A stretch of 64,000 nucleotides of DNA, taken from the sequence record KM407600. One strand, 5' to 3'. Below the pieces are notes generated by a model, which worked only from the letters and a program-made list of their open reading frames with translations, had not been told where the DNA came from and did no database searches. The number at the start of each line of letters is the position of its first letter. Within the stretch, counting starts at the first letter, position 1. The position numbers and the translations under genes were made by a program. Shown piece by piece: positions 50,566 through 60,589 of this stretch. This stretch comes from Shigella phage Shf125875.

Positions 50566-51222
50566 ATGGCCGATTTAAAAGCCGGAAGTACAGTTGGTGG
50601 TTCCGTCATATGGCATCAAGGCAATTTTCCTTTAATGCCAGCTGGCGATGACATCCTATATAAAACATTTAAATTATACACCGAATATAACAAGCCAAAA
50701 GCGGCTGATAACGATTTCGTATCTAAAGCAAATGGTGGGACATATCTCAAAAAGGTAATCTTTAACGAAGGTATTGCAGTCAAAACAGCAGATGACCAAA
50801 CGAATGGTATTTTTTCTGGTGGTGGTGACGCCGCGACATTCGACCAAACAAACATGGATATTGTTTCGTGGTATGGTATTGGGTTTAAATCATCTCAAGG
50901 TACAGGTGAAAGAACTGTTGTAATTGATGCTCGCACCGGTAATATAAGTTCTAAAGGCGTTATTGAAGCATCTCAATTCAGAGCCACAACGTTAGCACCT
51001 TTAAATAATTACGACCTTACTCGCAAAGATTATGTTGATAGTCAAATAAATACAGTTAATGCTAATGCAAACAGACGCGTACTCCGTTCAGGAGATACGA
51101 TGACCGGCGCGCTAACAGCCCCAAACTTTTTCTCACAGAATCCTGCATCTCAACCCTCGCATGTTCCACGATTTGACCAAATTGTTATTAAGGATTCTGT
51201 TCAAGATTTCGGCTATTATTAA
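50566..51222 (+). CDS. 36: long tail fibre distal connector gp36
   Basis: 218-aa ORF with late promoter. Confidence 0.85.
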   Translation: MADLKAGSTVGGSVIWHQGNFPLMPAGDDILYKTFKLYTEYNKPKAADNDFVSKANGGTYLKKVIFNEGIAVKTADDQTNGIFSGGGDAATFDQTNMDIVSWYGIGFKSSQGTGERTVVIDARTGNISSKGVIEASQFRATTLAPLNNYDLTRKDYVDSQINTVNANANRRVLRSGDTMTGALTAPNFFSQNPASQPSHVPRFDQIVIKDSVQDFGYY

Positions 51223-51230
51223 GAGGACTT

Positions 51231-54200
51231 ATGGCTACTTTAAAACAAATACAATTTAAAAGAAGCAAAACTGCAGGAGCACGTCCTGCCGCTTCAGTAT
51301 TAGCCGAAGGTGAATTGGCTATAAACTTAAAAGACCGTGTACTTTTTACTAAAGATGACCAAGGAAATATTATTGATCTGGGTTTTGCTAAGGGTGGTAG
51401 TATTGACGGGAATGTTATTCATATAGGAAACTATAATCAAACTGGTGATTATACTTTAAATGGCGTCTTCACTCAGACTGGTAATTTTAATTTAACTGGT
51501 ATTGCTCGAGTAACTCGCGATATTATTGCCGCTGGGCAGATTATGACTGAAGGCGGAGAACTTATTACAAAAAGTTCAGGTACATCACATGTTCGTTTTC
51601 ATGATTCAGCTGACCGTGAACGTGGAATCATTTTTTCTCCTGCTAATGATGGATTAACTACACAAGTAATTAATATTAGAGTTCAAGACTACGCAGCTGG
51701 TAGCGAAAGCACCTATGCATTTTCAGGCAGTGGACAATTTATTTCACCTGAAGTATCGGCATGGAAATCTATGTCAACTCCTCAGATTTTGACTGACAAA
51801 GTCATTACAGACGGGAAGAAGGCAGGTGATTATGACATCTATTCATTAGCAAATAATAATTCTAATACAGATAAAAATAATTTACGTGTTGTACGTACCG
51901 ACCCAGCGGCCGCAATGCTCCATGAAATTTGTGAAAACAACGGCATCAGTTGGTATTCTGGTTCAACCCCTACTGATTATATGTTATCTTTTGCTTATTC
52001 CGGCGGTTTTCAAGCAGGCCATTCGATTGCAGTAGGTATGGAATCAGGGCCTATGACATATTCAACCTTAGGTAAAAGTTCTATTGTTCTTGGGGATAAT
52101 GATACTGGATTTAAATGGCATCAAGACGGATATTATTTCAGCGTTAATAATGGAACAAAAACGTTTTTATTTAATCCTAGCGAAACAACTAGCCTAAGAA
52201 AATTTGTAGCTGGATATTCTACTAATGGAACCGATTTAACTACTCCTCCAACTGAAAACTATGCTCTTGCTACTGTTGTGACATATCACGATAATAACGC
52301 GTTTGGAGATGGTCAGACTCTTTTGGGATATTATCAAGGCGGTAACTATCATCACTATTTCCGTGGTAAGGGTACCACAAACATTAATACTCATGGCGGT
52401 TTGTTGGTTACTCCTGGTAATATTGATGTTATTGGCGGTTCTGTTAATATAGATGGTAGAAATAATTCTTCTACACTAATGTTTAGAGGCAACACAACAG
52501 GATACAGCTCGGTTGATAATATGGATATTAAAGTTTGGGGTAATACGTTTGTTGATCCAAGCGGAGGTATCCGTAAAAACGTCATGGAAATTTCTGATGC
52601 AACTAGTTGGATGAGCTATATTCAAAGACTTACAACAGGTGAAGTAGAAATGAACGTTAACGGTTCATTTGAATCATCTCGTGTTACTGCTGGAGATAGG
52701 GGAGTTTACACAACAGGCGAAATTTCATCTGGGGCTGTGAATGCGCTTCGTATTTGGAACGCAGATTATGGAGCTATTTTTAGACGTTCAGAAGATAGTC
52801 TTCATATTATTCCAACTACTTACGGTGAAGGTAAACACGGCGGTATCGGTCCACTTCGCCCGTTTAGTTTGGCTTTAGATACCGGTAAAGTTACTATTCC
52901 AGATTTACAGTCAAAATACAATACGATCACTGCGAACGGCTATATTAAATTTGTTGGTCATGGAGCGGGTGCCGGCGGTTATGACATTCAATATGCTCAA
53001 GCAGCTCCTATTTTCCAGGAAATTGATGATGATGCTGTAAACAAATATTATCCTATTGTTAAACAGAAGTTTTTAAATGGTAAAGCCGTCTGGTCTTTAG
53101 GTACTGAAATTAATTCGGGTACATTCGTTATTCATCATTTAAAAGAAGACGGAACTCAAGGACATACATCTCGTTTTAATCAAGACGGTACTGTTAACTT
53201 CCCAGATAACGTTCTGGTCGGTGGTGGTGAAGCTGCTATTGCTCGTAATGGTAATATTTTCTCGGATATTTGGAAAACGTTTACTTCTGCAGGCGACGTA
53301 ACTAATATTCGCGACGCAATAGCTACTCGTGTTGCCAAAGAAGGTGATACGATGACCGGCACTCTTTGGATTAATAAAGATGCTGCTGGAATAGTTCTTA
53401 ATCCTCCTTTGGCCAGTGATTCATCATTTATTCGTTCTGATACGGCCGGGGCCAATAATTGGTATATTGGTAAAGGCGGTGCCGACAATGGTCTAGGTTT
53501 TTACAGTTACATTACACAAGGCGGTGTATACATAACAACTAACGGTGAAATATCGCTTTCTCCTCAAGGCCAAGGAACATTTAATTTTAATAGAGACCGC
53601 CTCCATATAAACGGTACACAATGGACCGCACACCAGGGCGGTGACTGGGCTAACCAATGGCGCCAAGAAGCTCCTATATTTGTAGATTTTGGTAATGTCG
53701 GTAATGATAGTTATTATCCTATTATTAAAGGAAAATCCGGTATTACTAACGAAGGATACGTATCCGGCGTAGATTTTGGTATGCGACGCATTACTAATAC
53801 CTGGGCACAAGGTATTATTCGTGTAGGTAACCAGGAAAACGGTTCTGACCCCCAAGCCATCTATGAATTCCATCATAATGGTGTTTTTTATGCCCCTAGC
53901 TTACTTAAGAGCAGCAGAGTATCAGCAGGCGGCGGTGACCCTGCATGGGCCGGGCCGTGTATTGTACTGGGAGATAACGATACCGGTTTGCTTTGGGAAA
54001 ACGATGGTATTTTCAACGCATATGCAAACGGCCAAGGTGTGTTTAGTTTTAGACCTGGTTTAGCTCAGACATTCGGTGATGTTAACTTCCACTGTAATGC
54101 AGGTATGTATGTTCGTGATAACATCGATGTTAACGACGTTTATATTCGTTCTGATATTCGTTGTAAGTCAGAAATTAAGCTTATAGAGAATGCCCAAGAG

Positions 54201-54470
54201 AAATCTAAACTATTGGGCGGTTATACTTATCTGCTTAAAAACTCTGTTACAGACGAAGTTAAACCGTCCGCAGGTTTAATTGCTCAGGAAGTTCAAGAAG
54301 TATTACCTGAACTTGTTTCTGAAGATAAAGAGACCGGACTGCTTCGTTTGAACTATAACGGTATTATTGGTTTAAATACAGCTGCAATAAACGAGCATAC
54401 AGATGAAATCAAGGAATTGAAATCTGAAATTGCCGAATTGAAAGCATTAATTAAATCATTGATAAAATAA
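51231..54470 (+). CDS. 37: long tail fibre distal subunit gp37 with C-terminal intramolecular-chaperone-like domain
   Basis: 1079-aa ORF; C-terminus (CKSEIKLIEN ... coiled coil) resembles self-cleaving chaperone domains. Confidence 0.9.
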   Translation: MATLKQIQFKRSKTAGARPAASVLAEGELAINLKDRVLFTKDDQGNIIDLGFAKGGSIDGNVIHIGNYNQTGDYTLNGVFTQTGNFNLTGIARVTRDIIAAGQIMTEGGELITKSSGTSHVRFHDSADRERGIIFSPANDGLTTQVINIRVQDYAAGSESTYAFSGSGQFISPEVSAWKSMSTPQILTDKVITDGKKAGDYDIYSLANNNSNTDKNNLRVVRTDPAAAMLHEICENNGISWYSGSTPTDYMLSFAYSGGFQAGHSIAVGMESGPMTYSTLGKSSIVLGDNDTGFKWHQDGYYFSVNNGTKTFLFNPSETTSLRKFVAGYSTNGTDLTTPPTENYALATVVTYHDNNAFGDGQTLLGYYQGGNYHHYFRGKGTTNINTHGGLLVTPGNIDVIGGSVNIDGRNNSSTLMFRGNTTGYSSVDNMDIKVWGNTFVDPSGGIRKNVMEISDATSWMSYIQRLTTGEVEMNVNGSFESSRVTAGDRGVYTTGEISSGAVNALRIWNADYGAIFRRSEDSLHIIPTTYGEGKHGGIGPLRPFSLALDTGKVTIPDLQSKYNTITANGYIKFVGHGAGAGGYDIQYAQAAPIFQEIDDDAVNKYYPIVKQKFLNGKAVWSLGTEINSGTFVIHHLKEDGTQGHTSRFNQDGTVNFPDNVLVGGGEAAIARNGNIFSDIWKTFTSAGDVTNIRDAIATRVAKEGDTMTGTLWINKDAAGIVLNPPLASDSSFIRSDTAGANNWYIGKGGADNGLGFYSYITQGGVYITTNGEISLSPQGQGTFNFNRDRLHINGTQWTAHQGGDWANQWRQEAPIFVDFGNVGNDSYYPIIKGKSGITNEGYVSGVDFGMRRITNTWAQGIIRVGNQENGSDPQAIYEFHHNGVFYAPSLLKSSRVSAGGGDPAWAGPCIVLGDNDTGLLWENDGIFNAYANGQGVFSFRPGLAQTFGDVNFHCNAGMYVRDNIDVNDVYIRSDIRCKSEIKLIENAQEKSKLLGGYTYLLKNSVTDEVKPSAGLIAQEVQEVLPELVSEDKETGLLRLNYNGIIGLNTAAINEHTDEIKELKSEIAELKALIKSLIK

Positions 54471-54475
54471 TAAAA

Positions 54476-54489
54476 GGGCCTTCGGGCCC
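54476..54489 (+). other. stem-loop between 37 and 38 (gggccttcgggccc)
   Basis: Perfect 5-bp GC stem with UUCG loop directly before the gp38 ribosome-binding site; no U-tract. Confidence 0.4.
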
Positions 54490-54500
54490 TGGAGGTTTAT

Positions 54501-55280
54501 ATGGCAGTAGTAGGAATCCCTGGTTGGATTGGGACTTCAGCCGTTGCTGAAACGGGACAAAGATGGATGACGGCTGCTTCAAGGGAACTTCGTTTAGGAA
54601 ACCCTTCATGGATGTCCCAATTCGCGGGCCGTTCAAGAGAAATAATTCACACACTTGGAGCAGACCATAACTTCAATGGTCAATGGTTCCGAGATAGATG
54701 TTTTGAGGCAGGTAGTGCACCTATAGTGTTTAATATCACCGGAAATTTGGTATCATATAGTAAAGATGTTCCATTATTCTTTATGTATGGCGATACGCCA
54801 AATGAATATGTTACTTTGAATATTCACGGTGGAGTTCATATGTGGGGACGAGGTGGTAACGGTACTGTAAACGGAAACCCAGGCACAAATGGCGGCGATG
54901 TAATCCAAAATGATATCGGCGGAAGACTTCGTATTTGGAACTATGGCGTTATTGCATCAGGCGGCGGCGGTGGTGGTGCGGTGTCATTACAGAATAGCTG
55001 GGCACCAAATGCTACAGCAGGTGGCGGTGGCGGCAGACCATTTGGCCTCGGCGGAGGCGGCGTTAATTGGCCTGGTGGTAATGCTAGTTATGACGCCCGG
55101 GGCGGCGCCGGTTACACTTCCCAATTCGGCGGTGGTAATGGCGGGGATGCTGGAGGTCGGGGCGGAGATGGATGGGGTAATCACTTATCTAGATCTGGCG
55201 GTGGTGCTCCTGGCAGAGCAGTATTCGGAAGTTCACCGTCATGGGGTGCTACAGGCACAATCTACGGCTCCTGGATTTAA
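54501..55280 (+). CDS. 38: gp38 receptor-binding adhesin (T2-type, glycine-rich motifs)
   Basis: 259-aa ORF with conserved N-terminus [11 protein letters not shown]...[20 protein letters not shown] and poly-Gly motifs separated by variable segments. Confidence 0.85.
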   Translation: MAVVGIPGWIGTSAVAETGQRWMTAASRELRLGNPSWMSQFAGRSREIIHTLGADHNFNGQWFRDRCFEAGSAPIVFNITGNLVSYSKDVPLFFMYGDTPNEYVTLNIHGGVHMWGRGGNGTVNGNPGTNGGDVIQNDIGGRLRIWNYGVIASGGGGGGAVSLQNSWAPNATAGGGGGRPFGLGGGGVNWPGGNASYDARGGAGYTSQFGGGNGGDAGGRGGDGWGNHLSRSGGGAPGRAVFGSSPSWGATGTIYGSWI

Positions 55281-55298
55281 ATGATAATACCTCTCAAT

Positions 55299-55306
55299 TA
55301 TAAATA
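55299..55306 (+). promoter_or_regulatory. late promoter for holin t
   Basis: Exact TATAAATA 20 nt upstream of ATG 55326. Confidence 0.7.
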
Positions 55307-55325
55307 TTGATAAATGGGAGGTAAT

Positions 55326-55985
55326 ATGACAGCACCAAAAGTATCATTTTCGCCTAGTGATATTTTATTTGGGTTGCTAGACCGCATTTTCAAAGATAAC
55401 GCCTCTGGAAATATTCTTATTTCAAGAGTTGCTGTTGTAGTTCTTTTGTTCCTAATGGCACTAATATGGTACAAAGGGAATATTTTTATGGATTATTACG
55501 TGAGGTCGAAATATGATACTTACACAGAAGTAATTCAAAAAGAAAGAAATACACGATTTGAATCTGCGGCTTTAGAACAACTACAAATAGTCCACGTCAC
55601 ATCAAGGGCGGATTTTAGTTCGGTGTATTCTTTCAGACCTAAAAATCTAAATTATTTCGTCGACCTTATTGCGTATGAAGGTAAGTTACCTAGCACAGTA
55701 ACTGAAAAATCTATTGGAGGATTTCCTGTTGATAAAACGACAGCAGAATATTCGGTCCATTTAAGTGGACTTCACTTTACTTCTAAAACAGATTTTGCTT
55801 TCTTACCTACCAAATCAAAAACTCCGGAACTGGCGTATATGTATAGTTGTCCTTACTTCAATTTGGATAACATATATGCGGGAACTGTTTCTATGTATTG
55901 GTATAAGGGATCGGATGTGCTAAATGAAGAACGCTTGGCTGCAATATGCAACCAAGCAGCAAGGATATTAGGGCGGGCTAAATAA
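55326..55985 (+). CDS. t: holin t
   Basis: Recognised as T4 T-like; GGGAGG Shine-Dalgarno before ATG 55326 (track ORF starts at an upstream in-frame ATG, 55314). Confidence 0.9.
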   Translation: MTAPKVSFSPSDILFGLLDRIFKDNASGNILISRVAVVVLLFLMALIWYKGNIFMDYYVRSKYDTYTEVIQKERNTRFESAALEQLQIVHVTSRADFSSVYSFRPKNLNYFVDLIAYEGKLPSTVTEKSIGGFPVDKTTAEYSVHLSGLHFTSKTDFAFLPTKSKTPELAYMYSCPYFNLDNIYAGTVSMYWYKGSDVLNEERLAAICNQAARILGRAK

Positions 55986-56258
55986 TTAGTTGTTAGAATA
56001 CATCGTCAAATGGCGATAAATATTTTCAAAACCTTCATTGAATTCACTAATCAGTGTTTTCTTTTCTTCGGCAGTTAAATTTGTAATTAGTTTTCTGAAC
56101 GAATTCTGATTTAGCTGCCGACCATCTTTTTTAATTCCAATCTCATTCAAGAATCCGATGAAATTTGCTCGGTCTTCAACAATATCTTCCCTCGAGAATT
56201 TAATCAAAATAGAAGCAATAGTAATAATTTCACGTACGATTTCAATGTCTTTATTCAT
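55986..56258 (-). CDS. asiA: anti-sigma70 factor AsiA
   Basis: 90-aa ORF recognised as T4 AsiA-like. Confidence 0.9.
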   Translation of the reverse strand: MNKDIEIVREIITIASILIKFSREDIVEDRANFIGFLNEIGIKKDGRQLNQNSFRKLITNLTAEEKKTLISEFNEGFENIYRHLTMYSNN

Positions 56259-56304
56259 AACGTTTTATTCATTCCATTTGGTTGATATGGGTATAGTACC
56301 ATTA

Positions 56305-56520
56305 TCAGTGTTGATTGTAAATGGCTTTTTCTACACTTTTAACGTAATCAGTGTAGTCTTCCTGTTCGTACGAGTGTAAGGCCAAGAACGTGGCTAATAG
56401 TTCATTATAGACTAAAGCCTCACGCTCACGTTCTGCCTCTACTACGTTCTGAAGATTATGGCTCATATCATTCCTTATAACTATCAATGTAGTCCTGTAT
56501 GTCAAAGAATGACATTTCAT
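56305..56520 (-). CDS. hypothetical protein
   Basis: 71-aa ORF overlapping the next ORF; uncertain. Confidence 0.3.
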   Translation of the reverse strand: MKCHSLTYRTTLIVIRNDMSHNLQNVVEAEREREALVYNELLATFLALHSYEQEDYTDYVKSVEKAIYNQH

Positions 56521-56755
56521 ATTCTAGGACATTAAGAGCCCGTTCTTCAGTATAGTCAGAACCAAATACGATAGTGATTTCACCAGGCTTCATATGATTG
56601 AAATCGACACTAAAAGGAATACGAGAACATACTTCGTCTGCCATATCTGCAACAACACTACGATACACTTCTCGGTTAACCTGATAAAGCTCTGCAAGTT
56701 CTTCGCAACGAATAACAAGTTCAGTGGCAGGATTTTCTTTTATTTTAGTAAGCAT
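56468..56755 (-). CDS. hypothetical acidic early protein (arn position)
   Basis: 95-aa D/E-rich ORF; T4 Arn occupies this position, but sequence identity is unverified. Confidence 0.45.
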   Translation of the reverse strand: MLTKIKENPATELVIRCEELAELYQVNREVYRSVVADMADEVCSRIPFSVDFNHMKPGEITIVFGSDYTEERALNVLEYEMSFFDIQDYIDSYKE

Positions 56756-56829
56756 AGTCTTTACCCTTATGTTTTTGTTTACGTTTAGATTGAAGTTCCG
56801 ATTTCTTCTTGTCCTTATGGACAGAAGCC

Positions 56830-57057
56830 TTATTGAAATCGTGTTTTGCTACAAGATTGTTCATAATGATTTATAACCTCATTTAAACATTTGTCTGTGA
56901 AAGAAAACTTTTTAGCCACAGAACATTCGATGATGTGTTCTTTCAAATCTTTAGAGTCAGTATATCCCATCTCAGTAATAAAGTGACGAATTAAAGCTTT
57001 ATTCTTATCATTAACAGAATTAAAATAATCTGCTTTAGAATCAATTATTCTCATCAT
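56830..57057 (-). CDS. hypothetical protein
   Basis: 75-aa ORF. Confidence 0.4.
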   Translation of the reverse strand: MMRIIDSKADYFNSVNDKNKALIRHFITEMGYTDSKDLKEHIIECSVAKKFSFTDKCLNEVINHYEQSCSKTRFQ

Positions 57058-57322
57058 CTAATTTCCTTAATTGATATTGCAACGAGCTAATAATTTCTTC
57101 ATTCATTTTAATATACATGTCGCGCAAGAAAGGTTTTAACCCATCACGAATAATTGCTAACGTATCACCTTTACATAAATTAACCAAATAAGGATGGTCT
57201 AAAGCATCCCAACCAGGCTGATTAGCATACATACCATAGTTTTCTTCCATCATATGATTAAGACGTTTGATATCTTGGATACGTGATTCAATAGCATCTT
57301 TCTGGAGTTGTTTAATATTCAT
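57041..57322 (-). CDS. hypothetical protein
   Basis: 93-aa ORF. Confidence 0.45.
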   Translation of the reverse strand: MNIKQLQKDAIESRIQDIKRLNHMMEENYGMYANQPGWDALDHPYLVNLCKGDTLAIIRDGLKPFLRDMYIKMNEEIISSLQYQLRKLDDENN

Positions 57323-57783
57323 TAATAAAGGTCCTCTGAATAAAGTTCTTTCTCACTTCCACCACGTTCAATACGTACCTGTCCAGCATACGTTGCAATA
57401 ATCATTGCTTCTTCACGTGTCCAGTAATTAGAGTATTGGTCAATAAAGCCTTGGTCGTCGCCGCAAACTTGTTGCGAGACTAATTGAGGACCAACTATAT
57501 CAAGTACTTCAGCCATATCTTTAGAGTAATGACGAACTCCAGGAATAACCAGAGTTCCACCGTTCTTCAATTTAAACCTATTAGCTGCACATACTATAAC
57601 ACGTTGAACTTTTTGGTCATTATTCCAATAGCAAGTTTGCCAACAGATTTCAGGAACTTCATTCATTATATCATCAGCAGAATAATTATAACCGTAGGAC
57701 TGGAATTTTTCTGCTAGACTTTCAGGAGTCTCACGAGACAAGGCTAAATCTAATAGCTCTAAACGTTCTTTAAATGATTTCAT
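57322..57783 (-). CDS. hypothetical protein
   Basis: 153-aa ORF with no recognisable motif. Confidence 0.5.
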   Translation of the reverse strand: MKSFKERLELLDLALSRETPESLAEKFQSYGYNYSADDIMNEVPEICWQTCYWNNDQKVQRVIVCAANRFKLKNGGTLVIPGVRHYSKDMAEVLDIVGPQLVSQQVCGDDQGFIDQYSNYWTREEAMIIATYAGQVRIERGGSEKELYSEDLY

Positions 57784-58109
57784 TTAAACCATTCCTTAAT
57801 ACGTTGCCAAATAGATTTTTGTGCTTGTTTATTTACACCAATCGAACGAATAACCGGTTGTGACTGCTGATATTCTTTATAATCTTCTTTATAGATTTCG
57901 TAAGCTGCATCAACAAATGAACTGATCGCTGCCATGTAGTTTTTACGAAGGCCAAATGGCGCGTCATTATTTTCACGAATAACCGTATATTGGCCTGCTT
58001 TAATCTTTACAATTGTCCCTAAATAAGCCCCGTGGTACCAAATATCCCATCCTTCCTGAGTAGGTTCTGCACATTTACGAAGTTCGTTAATAATATTCAG
58101 CTTATTCAT
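57780..58109 (-). CDS. hypothetical protein
   Basis: 109-aa ORF. Confidence 0.5.
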   Translation of the reverse strand: MNKLNIINELRKCAEPTQEGWDIWYHGAYLGTIVKIKAGQYTVIRENNDAPFGLRKNYMAAISSFVDAAYEIYKEDYKEYQQSQPVIRSIGVNKQAQKSIWQRIKEWFK

Positions 58110-58119
58110 TATGTATTCC

Positions 58120-58752
58120 TCACAGTACGTTAGTTACAAGGGTAATGATTTCTTTGGACACATTAGGGAAGTCAATGTAAGTATATTTACCACCGATTTT
58201 AATCTTAACATCATTTTCAAGAGAAGTAAACAGCTTTGATTCAGTTTCTGACATGTTGTATGCAAAGATTCTAAGAGCGCCATCTCGTCGAATTTCAATT
58301 TGGCGAATGCCTAGAACTCGTTTAGCGAATCGAACTTCTAAGTTACTACGGTTTTCACCAATTTCTTTAACTTCAACTTTATCTTTAATATTTTCAAAAA
58401 CAAAGTTCGCTAGTTCATGCATTTCAGGAGTAACTCCACGTGCTTTTCTGGTGTTACGTTTCTGGAGAAGTTCTGGAGCATTTTCTTGAGCAAATAGGTC
58501 TGCAGCTTTTTGGATAATATCCATTGCTTCGCCGGTTGCCACAAGTCCATCACCGGATTTTTCGACTAAACCTTTTTTAATCAATACACCAATGTTAGAG
58601 TTAACAACCGATGCATTGTATTCCGCTTTCAGAGCTTCACGGACATTGGCAGCAGTGGTGAAGTTGTTCTTAATGATATAAACCATTATTGCAGCAGTTT
58701 TTTCATTCAGAGCGTTTTCAGAAGCTTTGATGATGTAAGTAACTTTAGACAT
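58120..58752 (-). CDS. motA: MotA middle-transcription activator
   Basis: 210-aa ORF recognised as T4 MotA-like. Confidence 0.93.
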   Translation of the reverse strand: MSKVTYIIKASENALNEKTAAIMVYIIKNNFTTAANVREALKAEYNASVVNSNIGVLIKKGLVEKSGDGLVATGEAMDIIQKAADLFAQENAPELLQKRNTRKARGVTPEMHELANFVFENIKDKVEVKEIGENRSNLEVRFAKRVLGIRQIEIRRDGALRIFAYNMSETESKLFTSLENDVKIKIGGKYTYIDFPNVSKEIITLVTNVL

Positions 58753-58788
58753 TTTATTTCTCCAAATTAGTATTTGTTTGATAGGTCT

Positions 58789-58817
58789 ATAATATCATGT
58801 TTGAAGCAAAAGTAAAC
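58789..58817 (-). promoter_or_regulatory. early promoter for motA
   Basis: GTTTAC, 17 nt, TATTAT; 37 nt upstream of the motA ATG. Confidence 0.6.
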
Positions 58818-58854
58818 TTTATTTTGGGCTCTTTTTCAAAAGCCCTGGTAAAAT

Positions 58855-59070
58855 TTACAAACTCATTTCTTTAATAAGGCTAATAAGTTTTGCCTTTTTA
58901 GAACGAAGCTTTTCTAAATGATGTCCATTTGAACCGCGAACCACTAAAGAATTGATTTCAACTTCTAAGAAATTTAATTCTTCAACAAGTGCTTTACGGA
59001 GAGCATTCATACCAGGTTTAACTTTACCGAAACGAGTAGTTGTGTTTTGGGTTAATTTCATTTTAGACAT
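58855..59070 (-). CDS. hypothetical early protein (motA.1 position)
   Basis: 71-aa basic ORF with early promoter at 59110-59138. Confidence 0.5.
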   Translation of the reverse strand: MSKMKLTQNTTTRFGKVKPGMNALRKALVEELNFLEVEINSLVVRGSNGHHLEKLRSKKAKLISLIKEMSL

Positions 59071-59109
59071 TTTATTTCTCCAATTTGGTTGTTTTGTTTT
59101 GATAGGTCT

Positions 59110-59138
59110 ATAATATCATGTTTGAAGCACATGTAAAC
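59110..59138 (-). promoter_or_regulatory. early promoter for the motA.1 ORF (near-duplicate of the motA promoter)
   Basis: GTTTACA, then TATTAT; about 40 bp nearly identical to 58782..58822. Confidence 0.6.
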
Positions 59139-59160
59139 TGTTTTGTGAGAAAAAAAAATG

Positions 59161-59183
59161 CACAAAAGGGAGCCGAAGCTCCC
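59161..59183 (-). terminator. terminator downstream of gene 52
   Basis: Minus strand reads gggagcttcggctccc then ttttgtg. Confidence 0.65.
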
Positions 59184-59259
59184 TAATCATGTTTGTCCAA
59201 CCAATACAGCCAAATCACTAGTGCAGCTATTGCACCGAGAAATCCTAAGGCTAGGGCAC

Positions 59260-60585
59260 TCAAAGTGCCTCCAAGTCTTTAGTGTACTCTGTCACAACAT
59301 CAGTAGACTTCCAATACTCATTTTCTTCTTTCTTAGCTTTAGCTTCTTCTGCTAGTTTACGTGCTTCGTCAGAAGTGATATGGAAGATGTTAAGACCTAC
59401 CAATTTATCGATATGTTCTTTATACATTTCGATTTGTGCTAGCTCTTCAGTCAAAGCTTTACGAGTCTTGCCTTGAATCACAATTTCGCCACTGATAACT
59501 TTTTTGATGAAGTGTGCCTTAGCAAAAGCCAGTTTAAATGCTTTTTCAGATTCAATGATTTTGTTATCAATACGTTTCTGAACGTAAGTCTTACGGACTT
59601 CAACAAAATCTTTGATTAAGTCCACTACGTTATCGTAGACCGTTAATTTACCCTTTTCATTAATCACTGTGATGTTTTGTGAACGACGTTCGATGAGACT
59701 AAAATCTTTCATGATTTTTTCATGACGTAGCTCTTCATCATCAGGAAGCGAGTACTCTTTACGGAACTTCACCTTAAACCCAAAACCGTGTTCACCACAA
59801 TCATCTTCCCATGAGATTAGACCTTTGTCTTCCAACGGGTCAAGAACCTTACTCACATACGTTTCACGGTCGAATTTATATGGGATTTCAGTTATCTGCA
59901 TTTGAGTGCGAGATGTGAACTTATATGTTCCGTGAATCTCATAACGCCCATCAACTTCATGCACTTCACCGCGGAATTCCGGGAATTCAACTTTTGGTTT
60001 AGTGACATTTTTACCTTGAAGAGCTTGTAATACAGCCTTTTTGACCGATTTAAAACTATGAGGCAGAATATTTGTTGCGTAACCGGTTGCAATACCAGAG
60101 ACACCGTTCAAAAGAACTGTCGGAATAATAGGAAGATAGAATTTTGGTGGAACGTGTTCTTTATCTTCATGAGCTGGAGCATATTCGGTATCTTTATAGA
60201 CATTATAGAAATTTTTGCTTACACGAGCAAAAATATAACGAGATGCTGCAGCTTTTTGGACTGTTCGAGAACCAAAGTTGCCTTGACCATCTAATAGTGG
60301 ATAGTTGTTATTCCATGTGTTAGCCATCAATGCACCTGCATCTTGTGCAGAAGATTCACCATGGTGATAACCTAAATCTGCAACACCGCCTGCAATTGAC
60401 GCAAGTTTATGAAATTTTTCTTTATTACCACGAGCCAAATCTAATGCACGATGAACCACAAAACGTTGAACCGGCTTAAATCCATCAATCATGTTTGGGA
60501 TTGCACGGTTTTCAACGGTGTACATAGCATATGCTAAGGCTTCGTTATCAATAATACTTTTTAGATTACGAGAATTCAATTGCAT
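59260..60585 (-). CDS. 52: topoisomerase II medium subunit gp52
   Basis: 441-aa ORF recognised as gp52-like. Confidence 0.95.
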   Translation of the reverse strand: MQLNSRNLKSIIDNEALAYAMYTVENRAIPNMIDGFKPVQRFVVHRALDLARGNKEKFHKLASIAGGVADLGYHHGESSAQDAGALMANTWNNNYPLLDGQGNFGSRTVQKAAASRYIFARVSKNFYNVYKDTEYAPAHEDKEHVPPKFYLPIIPTVLLNGVSGIATGYATNILPHSFKSVKKAVLQALQGKNVTKPKVEFPEFRGEVHEVDGRYEIHGTYKFTSRTQMQITEIPYKFDRETYVSKVLDPLEDKGLISWEDDCGEHGFGFKVKFRKEYSLPDDEELRHEKIMKDFSLIERRSQNITVINEKGKLTVYDNVVDLIKDFVEVRKTYVQKRIDNKIIESEKAFKLAFAKAHFIKKVISGEIVIQGKTRKALTEELAQIEMYKEHIDKLVGLNIFHITSDEARKLAEEAKAKKEENEYWKSTDVVTEYTKDLEAL

Positions 60586-60589
60586 ATTT

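Noticed and set aside
54910-55284. Track ORFs on both strands overlapping the 3' part of gp38 (54910..55284 plus, 54987..55184 minus)
   Set aside because: Artefacts of the GC-rich poly-Gly coding repeats (GGN codons) in gp38.
55314-55325. Upstream ATG giving holin t a four-residue N-terminal extension (MGGN)
   Set aside because: The GGGAGG ribosome-binding site is formed by these very codons and is correctly spaced for the ATG at 55326.
59174-59263. TTG-initiated 27-codon hydrophobic ORF with GGAGG just downstream of the gene 52 stop
   Set aside because: The Shine-Dalgarno lies inside the 52 coding sequence with sub-optimal 4-nt spacing and a non-ATG start; too speculative to call.
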